Below are positions 15,165 through 24,825 of a stretch of 32,000 bases of DNA, piece by piece. The notes under the pieces are model-generated. The model made no database searches, was not told the origin of the DNA, and saw only the letters and a program-made list of their open reading frames with translations. The DNA is from Copranaerobaculum intestinale. Its GTDB lineage: Bacteria; Bacillota_I; Bacilli_A; Erysipelotrichales; Erysipelotrichaceae. The position numbers were made by a program, and so were the translations under genes. The stretch's first letter is position 1, and the number at the start of each line of letters is the position of its first letter. The DNA is taken from contig NZ_WUUQ01000003.1 of assembly GCF_009831105.1 (NCBI RefSeq), forward strand, positions 120,001 to 152,000, written 5' to 3'.

Positions 15165-15923
15165 TTGACTACCGATTACATCAAATTAAATAAAATGACG
15201 GCAACCCCGCTTTATTATCAACTGAAAGAAAGCATCAAAGCCGCAGTCAGTGAAGGCATTTTAAAACCCAATGATAAATTGCCTACGGAAGAAGAGCTGT
15301 GTCTGGCCTTTAATATATCCCGTCCGGTCATCCGTCAGGCGTATTCGGAATTAATCAATGAAGGAATCATCACAAGATTTAAAGGCAAAGGCACATTTGT
15401 CCGCGAACAGGAAGTGAAGGGAAGATTCTTCCGAGAACTCAGCAATTTTCAGCATGAAATGCACCGCCTTGGACTTACGCCAAGCACCAAGGTTCTGTCT
15501 TTAGAAACCATTTCGTATAATCGCAGGGTGTACGATGAAGTATTCCATTTAGAAAAAGGCGAGCCGGTTCTGCATATTCGCAGACTGCGTTATGGAAATG
15601 ACATACCAATCGTTTTGGTTGAAACCTTTGTCCCGCTGAAATATTTTCCGGGATTAGAAAAAGCGGATTTCACCAGTACCTCACTGTATGATCTGTTTGA
15701 GAAAAATTACAGTACCTATGTTGCCAAAGCAGAACGTACGATCGAAGCTCGCATCATTGAAAATAAGGATGCCGATCTGTTGGAAGTCAAACGTCACAGT
15801 GCCATGCATTTTGTAAAGACCTATGCATATGATCTCAGTGAGCGTATGGTTGAGTATTCAATAGCAGTTTACCCGGGCGAACGCAATAAGTTTGATGTCG
15901 TCATCAACCGCAGCAGCAACTGA
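15165..15923 (+). CDS. GntR-family (HutC/UTRA-type) transcriptional regulator
   Basis: PLYYQLKESIKAAV...LPTEEELCLAFNISRPVIRQAYSELINEGII is a winged-HTH followed by a UTRA-sized C-domain. The TTG at 15165 follows GGGAGG by 7 nt; the track start at 15150 is also a TTG. Confidence 0.8.
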   Translation: MTTDYIKLNKMTATPLYYQLKESIKAAVSEGILKPNDKLPTEEELCLAFNISRPVIRQAYSELINEGIITRFKGKGTFVREQEVKGRFFRELSNFQHEMHRLGLTPSTKVLSLETISYNRRVYDEVFHLEKGEPVLHIRRLRYGNDIPIVLVETFVPLKYFPGLEKADFTSTSLYDLFEKNYSTYVAKAERTIEARIIENKDADLLEVKRHSAMHFVKTYAYDLSERMVEYSIAVYPGERNKFDVVINRSSN

Positions 15924-16064
15924 TCATAACCCCTATTCTATGGTGATTATTCGTGAGAATTCATCATATCGGAATGGGGGATTTTTTATTTTTAAACAGG
16001 GGGTTGTTGAAACGAGTCAATCTGCTATAATCTGATTAACCGAGTCAGTCAAGGAGGTAAGACC

Positions 16065-16679
16065 ATGCAGTTTGAAGAACTGTCCAAAGTGAAACAGGAA
16101 GCAATTATAAATGCGGGCTTACAGGTATTTGGGAAAAGTGATTATCGTCATGCAAGCACTGATGATATCGCGAGACTGGCTGGTGTGTCCAAAGGATCGC
16201 TCTTTTATTATTTTCATAATAAGAAGGAGCTGTACGGTTATCTTTTGGAATATGCGCAGCAAACGATCATGAAGGAGCTTCGTGATGATGCGATATTTCA
16301 GGAGCCGGATTTTTTTGTTATGATGGAGCGTTCCCTGAAGAAGAAGGCCGAGCTGATGAAGCGAAATTCTTATATTTTCGCATTTTTGTTGAAGGCCTAT
16401 CCGGAAGTAAGTGAGGATGCTAAAGATGTGGTATATGAAAAATATGAATGTCTGATCGATTCAACCATGACGGGTATCCTGAAACATATCGATGTGAATC
16501 GATTTAAGGACGGGGTTGATGTGGATAAGGTATGGAAGCTTCTTTACTACTTTGCAGAGGGGTATATGCGGCCGTTTTATACCATGGAAGAACCGTTTGA
16601 TATTGATGCGCTGGCGGATGATTTTATCGGGTATATGAATATGATAAAACAATATTTCTATAAGGAGGAATATCTATGA
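16065..16679 (+). CDS. TetR/AcrR-family transcriptional regulator
   Basis: N-terminal HTH (ASTDDIARLAGVSKGSLFYYFHNKKELY). AAGGAGG RBS. It overlaps the downstream ABC gene (ATGA). Confidence 0.85.
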   Translation: MQFEELSKVKQEAIINAGLQVFGKSDYRHASTDDIARLAGVSKGSLFYYFHNKKELYGYLLEYAQQTIMKELRDDAIFQEPDFFVMMERSLKKKAELMKRNSYIFAFLLKAYPEVSEDAKDVVYEKYECLIDSTMTGILKHIDVNRFKDGVDVDKVWKLLYYFAEGYMRPFYTMEEPFDIDALADDFIGYMNMIKQYFYKEEYL

Positions 16680-17563
16680 ATGTTATAGAGATTGCAAATC
16701 TCACACGGGATTATGGAGATGGCAGAGGAATTTTTGATGTGTCTTTTACCATATCGGAGGGGGAAGTATTTGGATTTTTAGGTCCTAACGGTGCTGGCAA
16801 GACAACTACGATCCGTCATTTGCTGGGTTTTATTCATGCCAAGTCAGGAAGCTGTTCGATCTTAGGTAAGGACTGCGGTACCAACAGTGCGGAAATTCAG
16901 AAGCTGCTGGGTTACATCCCCGGAGAAATCGCTTTAAAGAACGATATGAGCGGTCAGCAATTTTTGAAATTCATGGCAGAATATCGGGGCATGAAGGATA
17001 TGGGGCGATGTGCTGAGCTCATGGAGCGCTTTGAACTCAATCCCAAAGGAAAGATTAAAAAAATGTCTAAGGGCATGAAACAGAAAATCGGTATTATTAC
17101 GGCATTCATGCATGATCCGAAAGTATTGATCTTAGATGAGCCGACCAGTGGTTTAGATCCGCTGATGCAGAATACCTTTGTCAAATTAATCATGGAGGAA
17201 AAGCAGCGGGGTAAAACAATTCTGATGTCTTCTCATATGTTTGAAGAAGTAGAACGTACAAGTGATCGCGTCGGTATCATCAAGGACGGAAGGATCGTAA
17301 GTATTTCTGATGTTGATACGCTTCGTCAAAGCAAGCAGCGGCGGTATTGCATTACCTTCCAGAGTGCAGATGAGGCAAGTCGTTTTGCGAAAGAGGAATT
17401 TGCCGTACAGGCGGTTGACGACCAAATGGTGCAGGTTATGATCGGTAACGATATTCAAAGACTGATAGCTGTTTTAAATACGTATCATGTACTCAATCTG
17501 GATATCGCCCAGCAGAGTCTGGAGGATCTGTTCATGCATTTCTATGGAGGTGATTCAAAATGA
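16676..17563 (+). CDS. ABC transporter ATP-binding protein
   Basis: Walker A GPNGAGKTT, signature SKGMKQK, Walker B ILILDEPTSGLD. Confidence 0.9.
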   Translation: MNVIEIANLTRDYGDGRGIFDVSFTISEGEVFGFLGPNGAGKTTTIRHLLGFIHAKSGSCSILGKDCGTNSAEIQKLLGYIPGEIALKNDMSGQQFLKFMAEYRGMKDMGRCAELMERFELNPKGKIKKMSKGMKQKIGIITAFMHDPKVLILDEPTSGLDPLMQNTFVKLIMEEKQRGKTILMSSHMFEEVERTSDRVGIIKDGRIVSISDVDTLRQSKQRRYCITFQSADEASRFAKEEFAVQAVDDQMVQVMIGNDIQRLIAVLNTYHVLNLDIAQQSLEDLFMHFYGGDSK

Positions 17564-18360
17564 TTAACTGGGTGCTGTTTAAAGAAGAATGGAAATCGAA
17601 TTATAAGATTTTGATAATCTTTATGCTGATTTTGACGATGTATACATCCATTATGATTACCATGTTCGATCCTTTACTCGGTACTGCTTTGGATGAATTT
17701 GCTAAGCTGATGCCGGATATCATGGCACTGGTGGGGATGAACGGTTCCACGGCAACGCTGGTAAGCTTTATGTCTACTTATTTATACGGCTTTATCATGA
17801 TTGCGTTTCCTCTCATCTTTATTGTAATGCTGTCCGTTCGTCTGATCGTCAGTAAAGTCGATCAAGGATTTATGGGTTATCTGCTGTCCTCCGGAAATGA
17901 TCGCGGCAAGGTTATCCGTACTCAGATCGCTGTATTGCTTTCGCAAATTCTTGCGCTTCTGGTATATGTAGTATGTCTTGGGATCGTTTGTGGGGCGCTG
18001 ATGTTTCCCGGTGATTTGGATATCTTTGCGTATTTGCGTTTGAATTTGGGCGCGCTGGCTCTGTATTTTGCCTTTGCCGGCATATGCTTTATGTTTTCTT
18101 GTATTTTTAATGAAACAAAAAATGCAGCTCTGTTAGGTGCCGGAATACCAATCGTTTTTATTCTGATTCAAATGCTCGGGAATATGAAGGGTGATCTGGA
18201 AAATTTAAAATATGCGACGATGCTTACATTATTCGATCCTGAGGGATTGATCGCCAAAACAGATACCGCGTTTTTAATGCTGGGTGTTCTGGCAGTCATA
18301 GGAATTGTGTGCTTCTGGTTCGGATCCTTTGTATTTAAGCGTAAAGATATGTCCTTATAA
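17560..18360 (+). CDS. ABC-2-type transporter permease
   Basis: 266-aa protein with about six hydrophobic spans, translationally coupled (ATGA) to the ATPase gene. Confidence 0.7.
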   Translation: MINWVLFKEEWKSNYKILIIFMLILTMYTSIMITMFDPLLGTALDEFAKLMPDIMALVGMNGSTATLVSFMSTYLYGFIMIAFPLIFIVMLSVRLIVSKVDQGFMGYLLSSGNDRGKVIRTQIAVLLSQILALLVYVVCLGIVCGALMFPGDLDIFAYLRLNLGALALYFAFAGICFMFSCIFNETKNAALLGAGIPIVFILIQMLGNMKGDLENLKYATMLTLFDPEGLIAKTDTAFLMLGVLAVIGIVCFWFGSFVFKRKDMSL

Positions 18361-18364
18361 AAAT

Positions 18365-18451
18365 AAAAAAAAACACCATCTGTAAATTGGCATGAAAGAA
18401 GCCGGAATATTTCCTACGACTGTCCTCATGACTTACACAGGTGGTGTTTTT
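18365..18451. terminator. Structured convergent-gene spacer (outer 11-bp stem with A-run and T-run; two inner hairpins)
   Basis: ACACCATCTGT (18373-18383) pairs with ACAGGTGGTGT (18437-18447), with one G-U pair. Inner stems are CATGA/TCATG and GGAA-tat-TTCC. The element is flanked by A9 and T5. Confidence 0.45.
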
Positions 18452-18466
18452 ATGTGCTCATGAATG

Positions 18467-19144
18467 CTATCCGCGTGACGATACTTCGATGATCGAGCGG
18501 AATTGCTTGACGTTGTCCTCAAAGCTGTGATCCTTACAAAACAGGGACGAGCTTCCTGCTACAAATGCATTAGCGCCCATTTCATTCATAATTTTCGCAT
18601 TGTCAAAGCTGACATTGCCGTCAACCTCCAACAGGTAAGGTTTGTTTAAAGCGTCCACGGCTTTGTGCAAAGAAGCGATTTTATCCAGGGTGTAAGGAAT
18701 GAGCGACTGTCCGGCAAAACCTGGATAGACAGTCATGATGGTGATCATATCAAGCTGCTCCAAATAGGGAAGCACGGCGGTGATATTGGTGTCAGGGCTC
18801 AGTGCAATTCCCGCTTTGCATCCTTTGCTTTTAATTTTATCAATCACTGCCTGCGGACAGCGGGTTGCTTCGATATGGAAGGTGATGATATCGTCTTTGC
18901 CGACCTGGAAATAATCAACCTTAAGTTCCGGGTGGACTACCATCAGATGTATATCCAGCGGGATCTGAGTTGTTTGGTGAAGCACGCTTACCATATCGGT
19001 ACCAAGTGTATAGTTGGGTACGAATTCACCGTCCATGACATCAATATGAATATAGTCGATCTGATTGTTTTCAAACTGGCGGATCGTTTCATCAAAATGC
19101 AGCCAGTTGCCGCACATAATAGAAGGACAGATATATTTTTTCAT
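18467..19144 (-). CDS. Ribulose-phosphate 3-epimerase family protein (Rpe/AlsE-like)
   Basis: ICPSIMCGNW...IDYIHIDVMDGEFVPNYTLG and ...VDGNVSFDN match the Rpe family pattern. ATG 19144 has GAGGTG upstream. Confidence 0.8.
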   Translation of the reverse strand: MKKYICPSIMCGNWLHFDETIRQFENNQIDYIHIDVMDGEFVPNYTLGTDMVSVLHQTTQIPLDIHLMVVHPELKVDYFQVGKDDIITFHIEATRCPQAVIDKIKSKGCKAGIALSPDTNITAVLPYLEQLDMITIMTVYPGFAGQSLIPYTLDKIASLHKAVDALNKPYLLEVDGNVSFDNAKIMNEMGANAFVAGSSSLFCKDHSFEDNVKQFRSIIEVSSRG

Positions 19145-19274
19145 AAGAAGCACCTCGTTATATTGTAATGATATAATAACAAATTAAATGACTGCCTTCA
19201 AGCCTTAGTTTTCCTATACAAAACTTATTTATTATATTATAATATTGTCATAATGTTTTTTGAGGAGGTGGATT

Positions 19275-20060
19275 ATGCAGTCATTTAATTTTCATACCCA
19301 TACTAAGCGCTGCGGCCATGCCACCGGGGAAGAAGAAGCCTATGTAAAGGCGGCCATTGAAGCCGGCTACAAGGTGCTCGGCTTCAGTGATCATGCCCCT
19401 TATAAACAGCGTTACAGTTGGGATGAACGAATGCATGAAGACGAATATCCGCTGTATTGTAAGGAAGTACGGCGTTTACAGAAAGTCTATAAGGATCAGA
19501 TTCAGATATATCTGGGACTGGAAATTGAATATTATGAAGAACAGCTGGAAGAATTAAAAGCATACCGAGAAGAATTGGATTTTTGTATTCTCGGCCAGCA
19601 TTCCTATACAGTCATGGGTCACAATTACTTTGTGGATTGTGATGACAGGTGGGTACTTGTATATGCAAATCAAATCCGCAAGGCTTGTGAAATGGGTTTC
19701 GTGGATATCATCGCCCATCCCGATTTGTTTATGATCAGCCGCAGTACCTGGTCAAAAGCCTGTGAGGAGGCAGCCTGCATCATTTGTGAGACGAGCAATC
19801 GTTTTCAAATTCCTTTAGAATTGAATCTTGGCGGCTTGCGTTACGGTAAGAAACAAAAGGGTAAGGAGCTGCGCTATGTATATCCTTATCGGCCTTTATG
19901 GGAAATCGTAGCGGAATACGGCTGTCCGGTTATTTATGGTTTGGATGCTCACTCGCCTGATTATGTGGGCAGAAAAGATATATTTAAGATTGCAGATGAA
20001 GTAGTAAAAGATTTGCCTTTAAACTTTTTAAAAGAGTTTAAACCGATGGGATGTAAATAG
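19275..20060 (+). CDS. PHP-domain phosphatase (histidinol-phosphatase HisJ family)
   Basis: FHTHTKRCGHA and GFSDHAP metal motifs. GAGGAGGTG RBS before ATG 19275. Confidence 0.75.
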   Translation: MQSFNFHTHTKRCGHATGEEEAYVKAAIEAGYKVLGFSDHAPYKQRYSWDERMHEDEYPLYCKEVRRLQKVYKDQIQIYLGLEIEYYEEQLEELKAYREELDFCILGQHSYTVMGHNYFVDCDDRWVLVYANQIRKACEMGFVDIIAHPDLFMISRSTWSKACEEAACIICETSNRFQIPLELNLGGLRYGKKQKGKELRYVYPYRPLWEIVAEYGCPVIYGLDAHSPDYVGRKDIFKIADEVVKDLPLNFLKEFKPMGCK

Positions 20061-20070
20061 GAGGAAAATT

Positions 20071-20724
20071 ATGATCAAAGCAGTAGTATTTGACATGGAT
20101 GGGGTACTTGTCGACACCGAAGGGTTTTATCGGGATCGGATGATTCAAGTTTTTGAGCATTATCAGATCCCTTATACTGTAGCGGCGTGTAATGAATTGG
20201 CTGGGGGATCACAAAAGCATTATGATGAATTTTTGGCAAAAATGTTAGATGGAATTATGGATCCCAAAGAGTTTCATGATCGTTACGAAGCGACGTTTCG
20301 CGATGATCCGGTTGATTATGAGAAAATTATGTATCCGGGAGTTCATGAGTGTATTCGGGATTTAAAAGCTGGGGGCTACCGGGTAGCGCTTGCCTCTTCT
20401 TCCAAGATGGTGAATATTTTGGAAGTTCTGAAAGCGATCCAGCTGGAGGATGAATTTGAGTTTCTGCTGAGTGGAGAAATGTTTCATGAATCTAAGCCGA
20501 ATCCGGAGATTTATCTGAAAGCGGCGGATATGCTGGGACTAAAGCCGCAGGAATGCCTGGCGATCGAAGACAGTACGTATGGTCTTCGCTCAGCATTCGA
20601 TGCTGGATTACATGTGTTAGCGAAACGTGATGATCGTTTCGGCTACGATCAGGATATTGCGGAAATGAAATTTGATGACTTTCAGGATATACTCACATAT
20701 CTGAGATCAAAGAGGGAAGCATGA
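20071..20724 (+). CDS. HAD-family hydrolase (beta-phosphoglucomutase-like subfamily)
   Basis: AVVFDMDGVLVDTE motif I, ALASSS motif II, KPNPEIYL and IEDSTYGLRSAFDAG motifs III/IV. Confidence 0.8.
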   Translation: MIKAVVFDMDGVLVDTEGFYRDRMIQVFEHYQIPYTVAACNELAGGSQKHYDEFLAKMLDGIMDPKEFHDRYEATFRDDPVDYEKIMYPGVHECIRDLKAGGYRVALASSSKMVNILEVLKAIQLEDEFEFLLSGEMFHESKPNPEIYLKAADMLGLKPQECLAIEDSTYGLRSAFDAGLHVLAKRDDRFGYDQDIAEMKFDDFQDILTYLRSKREA

Positions 20725-21617
20725 TGCATCAATATCGCGGTGTTGCCTATATTTTTCTCACCGCATTTCTGTGGAGCCTGGGTGGCCTGCTGTATCGCAT
20801 GGTCAACTGGAATGCCACCTTGATTGCCGGATTTACTTCACTGATCGCTTTTGTGATCATGGGGATCTGGCGCCGCAGCTTTAAAGTAAAAGTCACCAAA
20901 TTTGTTATTCTGACAGCGGTTTGTTCCTGTTTAACCAATTTGACCTTTGTTTATGCCAATCAGCTGACGACGGCGGCGAATGCGATCGTGCTTCAGTATA
21001 TATCTCCCGTTTTCTGTTTGCTGTATGCATGCTTATATCATCGCCAAAAACCGACTGCCAAGCAGATAGCCGTCATATTTGTAGCACTCAGCGGCCTAGT
21101 GCTGTTTTTCTTTGGTAAACTGGACAGCGGACAAATGTTGGGAAATCTGTTTGCGATAGTATCCGGTATTATCTTCGGTGCGGTATTCTTTCTGAATACC
21201 CTGCCGCAAGCAAAACCAGCCGACAGTTCCATGCTGGCTCAGTTATTTGCGGCGGTAATGGCTATTCCGTTCCTGTCTCAGATTCCTTCAGTTAATACCT
21301 CGTCGTTGACCGGTATTTTGCTGATCGGAGTGCTGCAGATGGGAATTTCCAGCATTGCCTTTGCGAAAGGTATTCAAGAAACGGAATCGGTTACCGCAAA
21401 TTTGATCTGTCTGTTGGAAACGATCATGAGCCCCCTTTGGGTGTTCATCGCCTATGGAGAACGCCCCGGTGCCTATGCTGTTTTGGGAGCAGTTATTCTA
21501 ATGAGTGCCGTCGTATTAAATATTATATGGGAAGGCAAGGAGGAAGCAAAAGAAGCGCTTGCGGAAAAAGAGCTTGCCCGGGAAGTACTGGCTTATGAAA
21601 AAGAAGGGGGATCTTAA
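20721..21617 (+). CDS. EamA/DMT-family transporter
   Basis: 298-aa protein with about 10 hydrophobic spans arranged as two similar halves. It overlaps the HAD gene's stop. Confidence 0.7.
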   Translation: MMHQYRGVAYIFLTAFLWSLGGLLYRMVNWNATLIAGFTSLIAFVIMGIWRRSFKVKVTKFVILTAVCSCLTNLTFVYANQLTTAANAIVLQYISPVFCLLYACLYHRQKPTAKQIAVIFVALSGLVLFFFGKLDSGQMLGNLFAIVSGIIFGAVFFLNTLPQAKPADSSMLAQLFAAVMAIPFLSQIPSVNTSSLTGILLIGVLQMGISSIAFAKGIQETESVTANLICLLETIMSPLWVFIAYGERPGAYAVLGAVILMSAVVLNIIWEGKEEAKEALAEKELAREVLAYEKEGGS

Positions 21618-21674
21618 TCATCCTCCTTTTGTTTAAGATTCATTTCGTTTGAGGAAAACGGGAAAGGAAATGGT

Positions 21675-22868
21675 ATGCAGGAATATTTGATCATATCCAA
21701 GCGAATACTTACGCCTAATGGCTTTCTGGCAGGAGCCCTGCACATTCAAAATGGAATTATCGTCAATATATATCAGGAGGAGGATGAGCTGCCTGATCTG
21801 CCGATGTATGGCTATCGCACCCAGATGGTATTGCCCGGTATTATCGATCTGCACACGCATGGCCTGCTGGGCTGGGCGGCAGCTTCCTTTGATGCGGAAA
21901 AAATTGAAAAGCTCGCTCAGGCAGAATGCTGCGTCGGTGTGACGGCCTTTCAGCCATCCATTGCAGATTTGGAAACAATGGAGGATTATGATCGGTGCCT
22001 GCATGCCATTGGTAAAGCAAATCCGATTAGCGGGGCGAGGATTCTAGGAGCGCATATGGAAGGCCCGTATTTTCATCCCGATCATAAGGGCTGTGACCTG
22101 GCGCGTAATATCACGCCGTCATTAGATGCGATGAAAGCGGCCATAGAAGCATCTGATCATCATCTGACGTATGTTGCGCTGGCTCCGGAATTACAAAATA
22201 TGGATACGATTATACCATATTTATTAAAAGCGCAGATACGAGTGGGAATCGGCCACAGCGATGCGACTTTTGCTCAAGCCTGGCAGGCCATTGAGATGGG
22301 CGCGAACATCGGTATCCATACCGGTAATGCGATGCGGGCAATTCATCAGCGGGAAATCGGTATCAGCGGAGCCCTTCTGCTGCATCCAGACGCTTATTGT
22401 GAGTTGATTTGTGATTTTCACCATCTGGCCCCTGAATACATTCAGCTGGTTTTGAAAATGAAGGGAAAAGAGCGGGTTTTGATGATGAGTGACGCGACGG
22501 AAATGTCCGGCTTAAACGAGGGTATTTACCGTATCCGCGGCCGTAAGATGATCGTGAAAGAGGGAAAGGTGCAGCTGGAAGACGGTACGATTGCCGGCAG
22601 CAGCAGTTATGTGCTTGCGGGAATGAAAAACCTGGTGCAGAAATTGAATCTGCCGATTGAGGATGTATCATATATGGCATCTATGAGCCCTGCGAACGTA
22701 ATGGGGATCCAGGCGCATAAAGGGTCGTTGGAAGTCGGCAAGGATGCAGATATCATGGTTCTGGATGATGACTTTAACTGTATGGTGACCTATGTGGAGG
22801 GAACCTGTCGCTATCAGGGAGAACCGTTGTCGGATTATACGAATCATACCTTTTTTAACCAAGCATAA
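21675..22868 (+). CDS. NagA-family deacetylase-like amidohydrolase (paralog of 13828-15045)
   Basis: PGIIDLHTHGLLGW, GAHMEGPYF and TGNAMRAIHQREIG parallel the motifs of the first copy. Confidence 0.75.
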   Translation: MQEYLIISKRILTPNGFLAGALHIQNGIIVNIYQEEDELPDLPMYGYRTQMVLPGIIDLHTHGLLGWAAASFDAEKIEKLAQAECCVGVTAFQPSIADLETMEDYDRCLHAIGKANPISGARILGAHMEGPYFHPDHKGCDLARNITPSLDAMKAAIEASDHHLTYVALAPELQNMDTIIPYLLKAQIRVGIGHSDATFAQAWQAIEMGANIGIHTGNAMRAIHQREIGISGALLLHPDAYCELICDFHHLAPEYIQLVLKMKGKERVLMMSDATEMSGLNEGIYRIRGRKMIVKEGKVQLEDGTIAGSSSYVLAGMKNLVQKLNLPIEDVSYMASMSPANVMGIQAHKGSLEVGKDADIMVLDDDFNCMVTYVEGTCRYQGEPLSDYTNHTFFNQA

Positions 22869-22892
22869 AAAATCACGTAATAAAAAATATAT

Positions 22893-22927
22893 AAAAAAAG
22901 CATTCGATGTGGGATCGGATGCTTTTT
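22893..22927. terminator. Bidirectional terminator between convergent genes
   Basis: AAAGCATTCGAT / ATCGGATGCTTT form a 12-bp stem (one G-U pair) with a 5-nt loop, flanked by an A-run and a T-run. Confidence 0.7.
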
Positions 22928-22941
22928 CATGTAATCAAAGA

Positions 22942-24045
22942 TTAGCATTCTGTATCTACATAGTTTTCTGTTTTGCAGGCAACTTTTTCTTTGAAGATAT
23001 TGTACAGCGGATGCTTTTCCCATTTATGTGTATCTTCCGTAACTTTATAAGAAATGATCTGGAAGAACGGCAGTGAGTATAATGGTGCGATCAATGGATT
23101 GGTGTCGAATGGCAGCCGGATCGCATGATCATCGTCAACCGTTGGATCATTGGTGATGATGTAAGCTTCATCGGTAATTGTACGTACAGCGTGATAAATT
23201 TCACTGACGCGTTTACTGCAGTGATCCATACCATCCACGAAGAACAGTGTGTAGTTTGGAGTAAGCTGCAGGTTTGGACCATGCAGGAATTCTTCCATTT
23301 CATAAGCGACAGATGGAATCTGAACCGTCTCACCGATTTTCAGGGCACCTTCCAGTGCGGTACCATAGCTGGCACCGAATCCGCATACATAAGCGCTGGT
23401 CATGGAAGTCATCGCCTTGTAATTTGTTTCGTAAAATTTCAAGGTTTCCTCGGTAACGATCTTATGTGCATCAGCAGTCTTTTTGATTTCTGCTTTTAAG
23501 GAATCTGCCTGTTCTGCATCCATGATGCCTTTCACTAATGCGGCTTCAATCGAGAACAGCATTAAGAATTCCGCTAACGTAGTAACACCCTTTGTCACAT
23601 AGCCAACGGTTTCAATGCCAACCCCATATTCAACCAATTCATCCGCATGATCTTTGAAATCACTGTCCAGATTTCCGGTCAGGCCGATTGCTTTTTTACC
23701 CATTGCCTTCAGCTTTTCAAGCGCTTCAATTGAATTCGTAGAATATCCGCTCTGTGAGATAACAAAACCGAAGTCATCATCACCCATATTGTTTTCATAG
23801 TTTGTGAAGGTATATGGGGTAACGATTTTCACTTCACAGTTCAGATACTCACGCATAAATGCACGGGCACAATTAGAACCGTTGAAGGAAGATCCGGATG
23901 CGATAATCCAGATTGTTTTATAATCCTTTTCCGTGAAGTCTTTCACCAGGGCTGCGGTCAGTTCCTTAGAACGATCTACGTTGTGGGCGATAGCCGGTGC
24001 AGACTCTAATACGTAATCCATCATGGTCATTTTCTTTTCTGTCAT
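22942..24045 (-). CDS. Double-SIS-domain sugar-phosphate isomerase/deglycase (AgaS/GfrF-like)
   Basis: IWIIASGSSFNGS and FVISQSGYSTNS SIS motifs. AAGGAGG lies 5 nt upstream of ATG 24045. Confidence 0.75.
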   Translation of the reverse strand: MTEKKMTMMDYVLESAPAIAHNVDRSKELTAALVKDFTEKDYKTIWIIASGSSFNGSNCARAFMREYLNCEVKIVTPYTFTNYENNMGDDDFGFVISQSGYSTNSIEALEKLKAMGKKAIGLTGNLDSDFKDHADELVEYGVGIETVGYVTKGVTTLAEFLMLFSIEAALVKGIMDAEQADSLKAEIKKTADAHKIVTEETLKFYETNYKAMTSMTSAYVCGFGASYGTALEGALKIGETVQIPSVAYEMEEFLHGPNLQLTPNYTLFFVDGMDHCSKRVSEIYHAVRTITDEAYIITNDPTVDDDHAIRLPFDTNPLIAPLYSLPFFQIISYKVTEDTHKWEKHPLYNIFKEKVACKTENYVDTEC

Positions 24046-24227
24046 AATTTCCTCCTTGTCATATTGTCATGATATATTTATTATAGCATATGATTTGTTG
24101 AATGCAATTTCTGTTCTAGGTAAATTTGTAGAAAAAGATTCTTATTTATAAGGAAAGAGCATAAAGAAAGGAATGTAATTTCATAATCGGGGAATATGTG
24201 AAAATGCAATCATTATGTAACTACATA

Positions 24228-24256
24228 TTGACAATCAGGAAGCTTTTTACTAAAAT
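24228..24256 (+). promoter_or_regulatory. Sigma-A promoter of the PTS operon
   Basis: TTGACA (24228-24233), 17-nt spacer, TAAAAT (24251-24256). The palindrome ATGTA-ac-TACAT (24213-24224) lies just upstream. Confidence 0.6.
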
Positions 24257-24303
24257 ATAGTCAGGCAATAAAACGCTTACAAAATAGATAGGGATGATTA
24301 ATA

Positions 24304-24777
24304 ATGGCAGAGCCTAACATTTTATTGACAAGAATTGACAACCGTCTGGTACACGGACAGGTTGGTAACGCATGGGTTGGAGCAGTTGGACCGAACTTGA
24401 TTATCGTAGCAGATGATGAAGCGGCAAACGATCCGATTCAGCAGTCCTTGATGAAGATGACTGCTTCATCAGTAGGCTGCGGTATCCGTTTCTTCTCTTT
24501 GCAGAAGACGATTGATACGATTTTTAAAGCAAGTCCTAGTCAGAAGATTTTCCTGGTTGTGAAAACTCCGGCCAGCGCAAGAAAACTGATTGAAGGCGGT
24601 GTTCCAATTAAGCAGTTGAATGTTGGTAATATGCATTTCTCAGACGGTAAAAAAGTTTTGCATGAGTCACATGTTTATGTCGATGACAAAGACGTTGCTG
24701 ACTTTGATGCAATTAAGGCTGCCGGAACGGAAATTTATATTCAGATCGCTCCAGGCGATAAAAAATATACCGTTTAA
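24304..24777 (+). CDS. PTS mannose/fructose/sorbose-family EIIB component
   Basis: The N-terminal LTRIDNRLVHGQV contains the phospho-His motif of Man-family IIB. Confidence 0.9.
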   Translation: MAEPNILLTRIDNRLVHGQVGNAWVGAVGPNLIIVADDEAANDPIQQSLMKMTASSVGCGIRFFSLQKTIDTIFKASPSQKIFLVVKTPASARKLIEGGVPIKQLNVGNMHFSDGKKVLHESHVYVDDKDVADFDAIKAAGTEIYIQIAPGDKKYTV

Positions 24778-24797
24778 ATTTGTACAATGCATGAAGG

Positions 24798-24825
24798 AAA
24801 ATGCATGCGGAATACATGCATTTTT
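24798..24825 (+). terminator. Terminator-like hairpin inside the PTS operon (IIB-IIC spacer)
   Basis: AAATGCATG / CATGCATTT form a 9-bp stem with a 7-nt loop, running into a T-run. Confidence 0.4.

Noticed and set aside
16011-16047. Direct repeat A(A)C(C)GAGTCA flanking the -10 of the TetR gene promoter, as a putative operator
   Set aside because: It is only a 7-nt exact repeat, without a clear palindrome. It is plausible but too short to distinguish from chance.
16676-18360. The TetR-linked ABC ATPase/permease as the missing ATPase partner of the islet membrane protein
   Set aside because: It is 11 kb away in its own translationally coupled operon with an ABC-2 permease and a dedicated regulator, and its composition is native. 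Nothing links it to the islet.
21633-22004. 123-aa minus-strand ORF overlapping the start of the second NagA-like gene
   Set aside because: It is a shadow ORF. The plus-strand frame carries the NagA motifs.
24267-24281. Possible cre site downstream of the PTS promoter (AATAAAACGCTTACA)
   Set aside because: Only the right half (CGCTTACA) fits the consensus. The left half lacks the conserved TG, so it is too weak to call.
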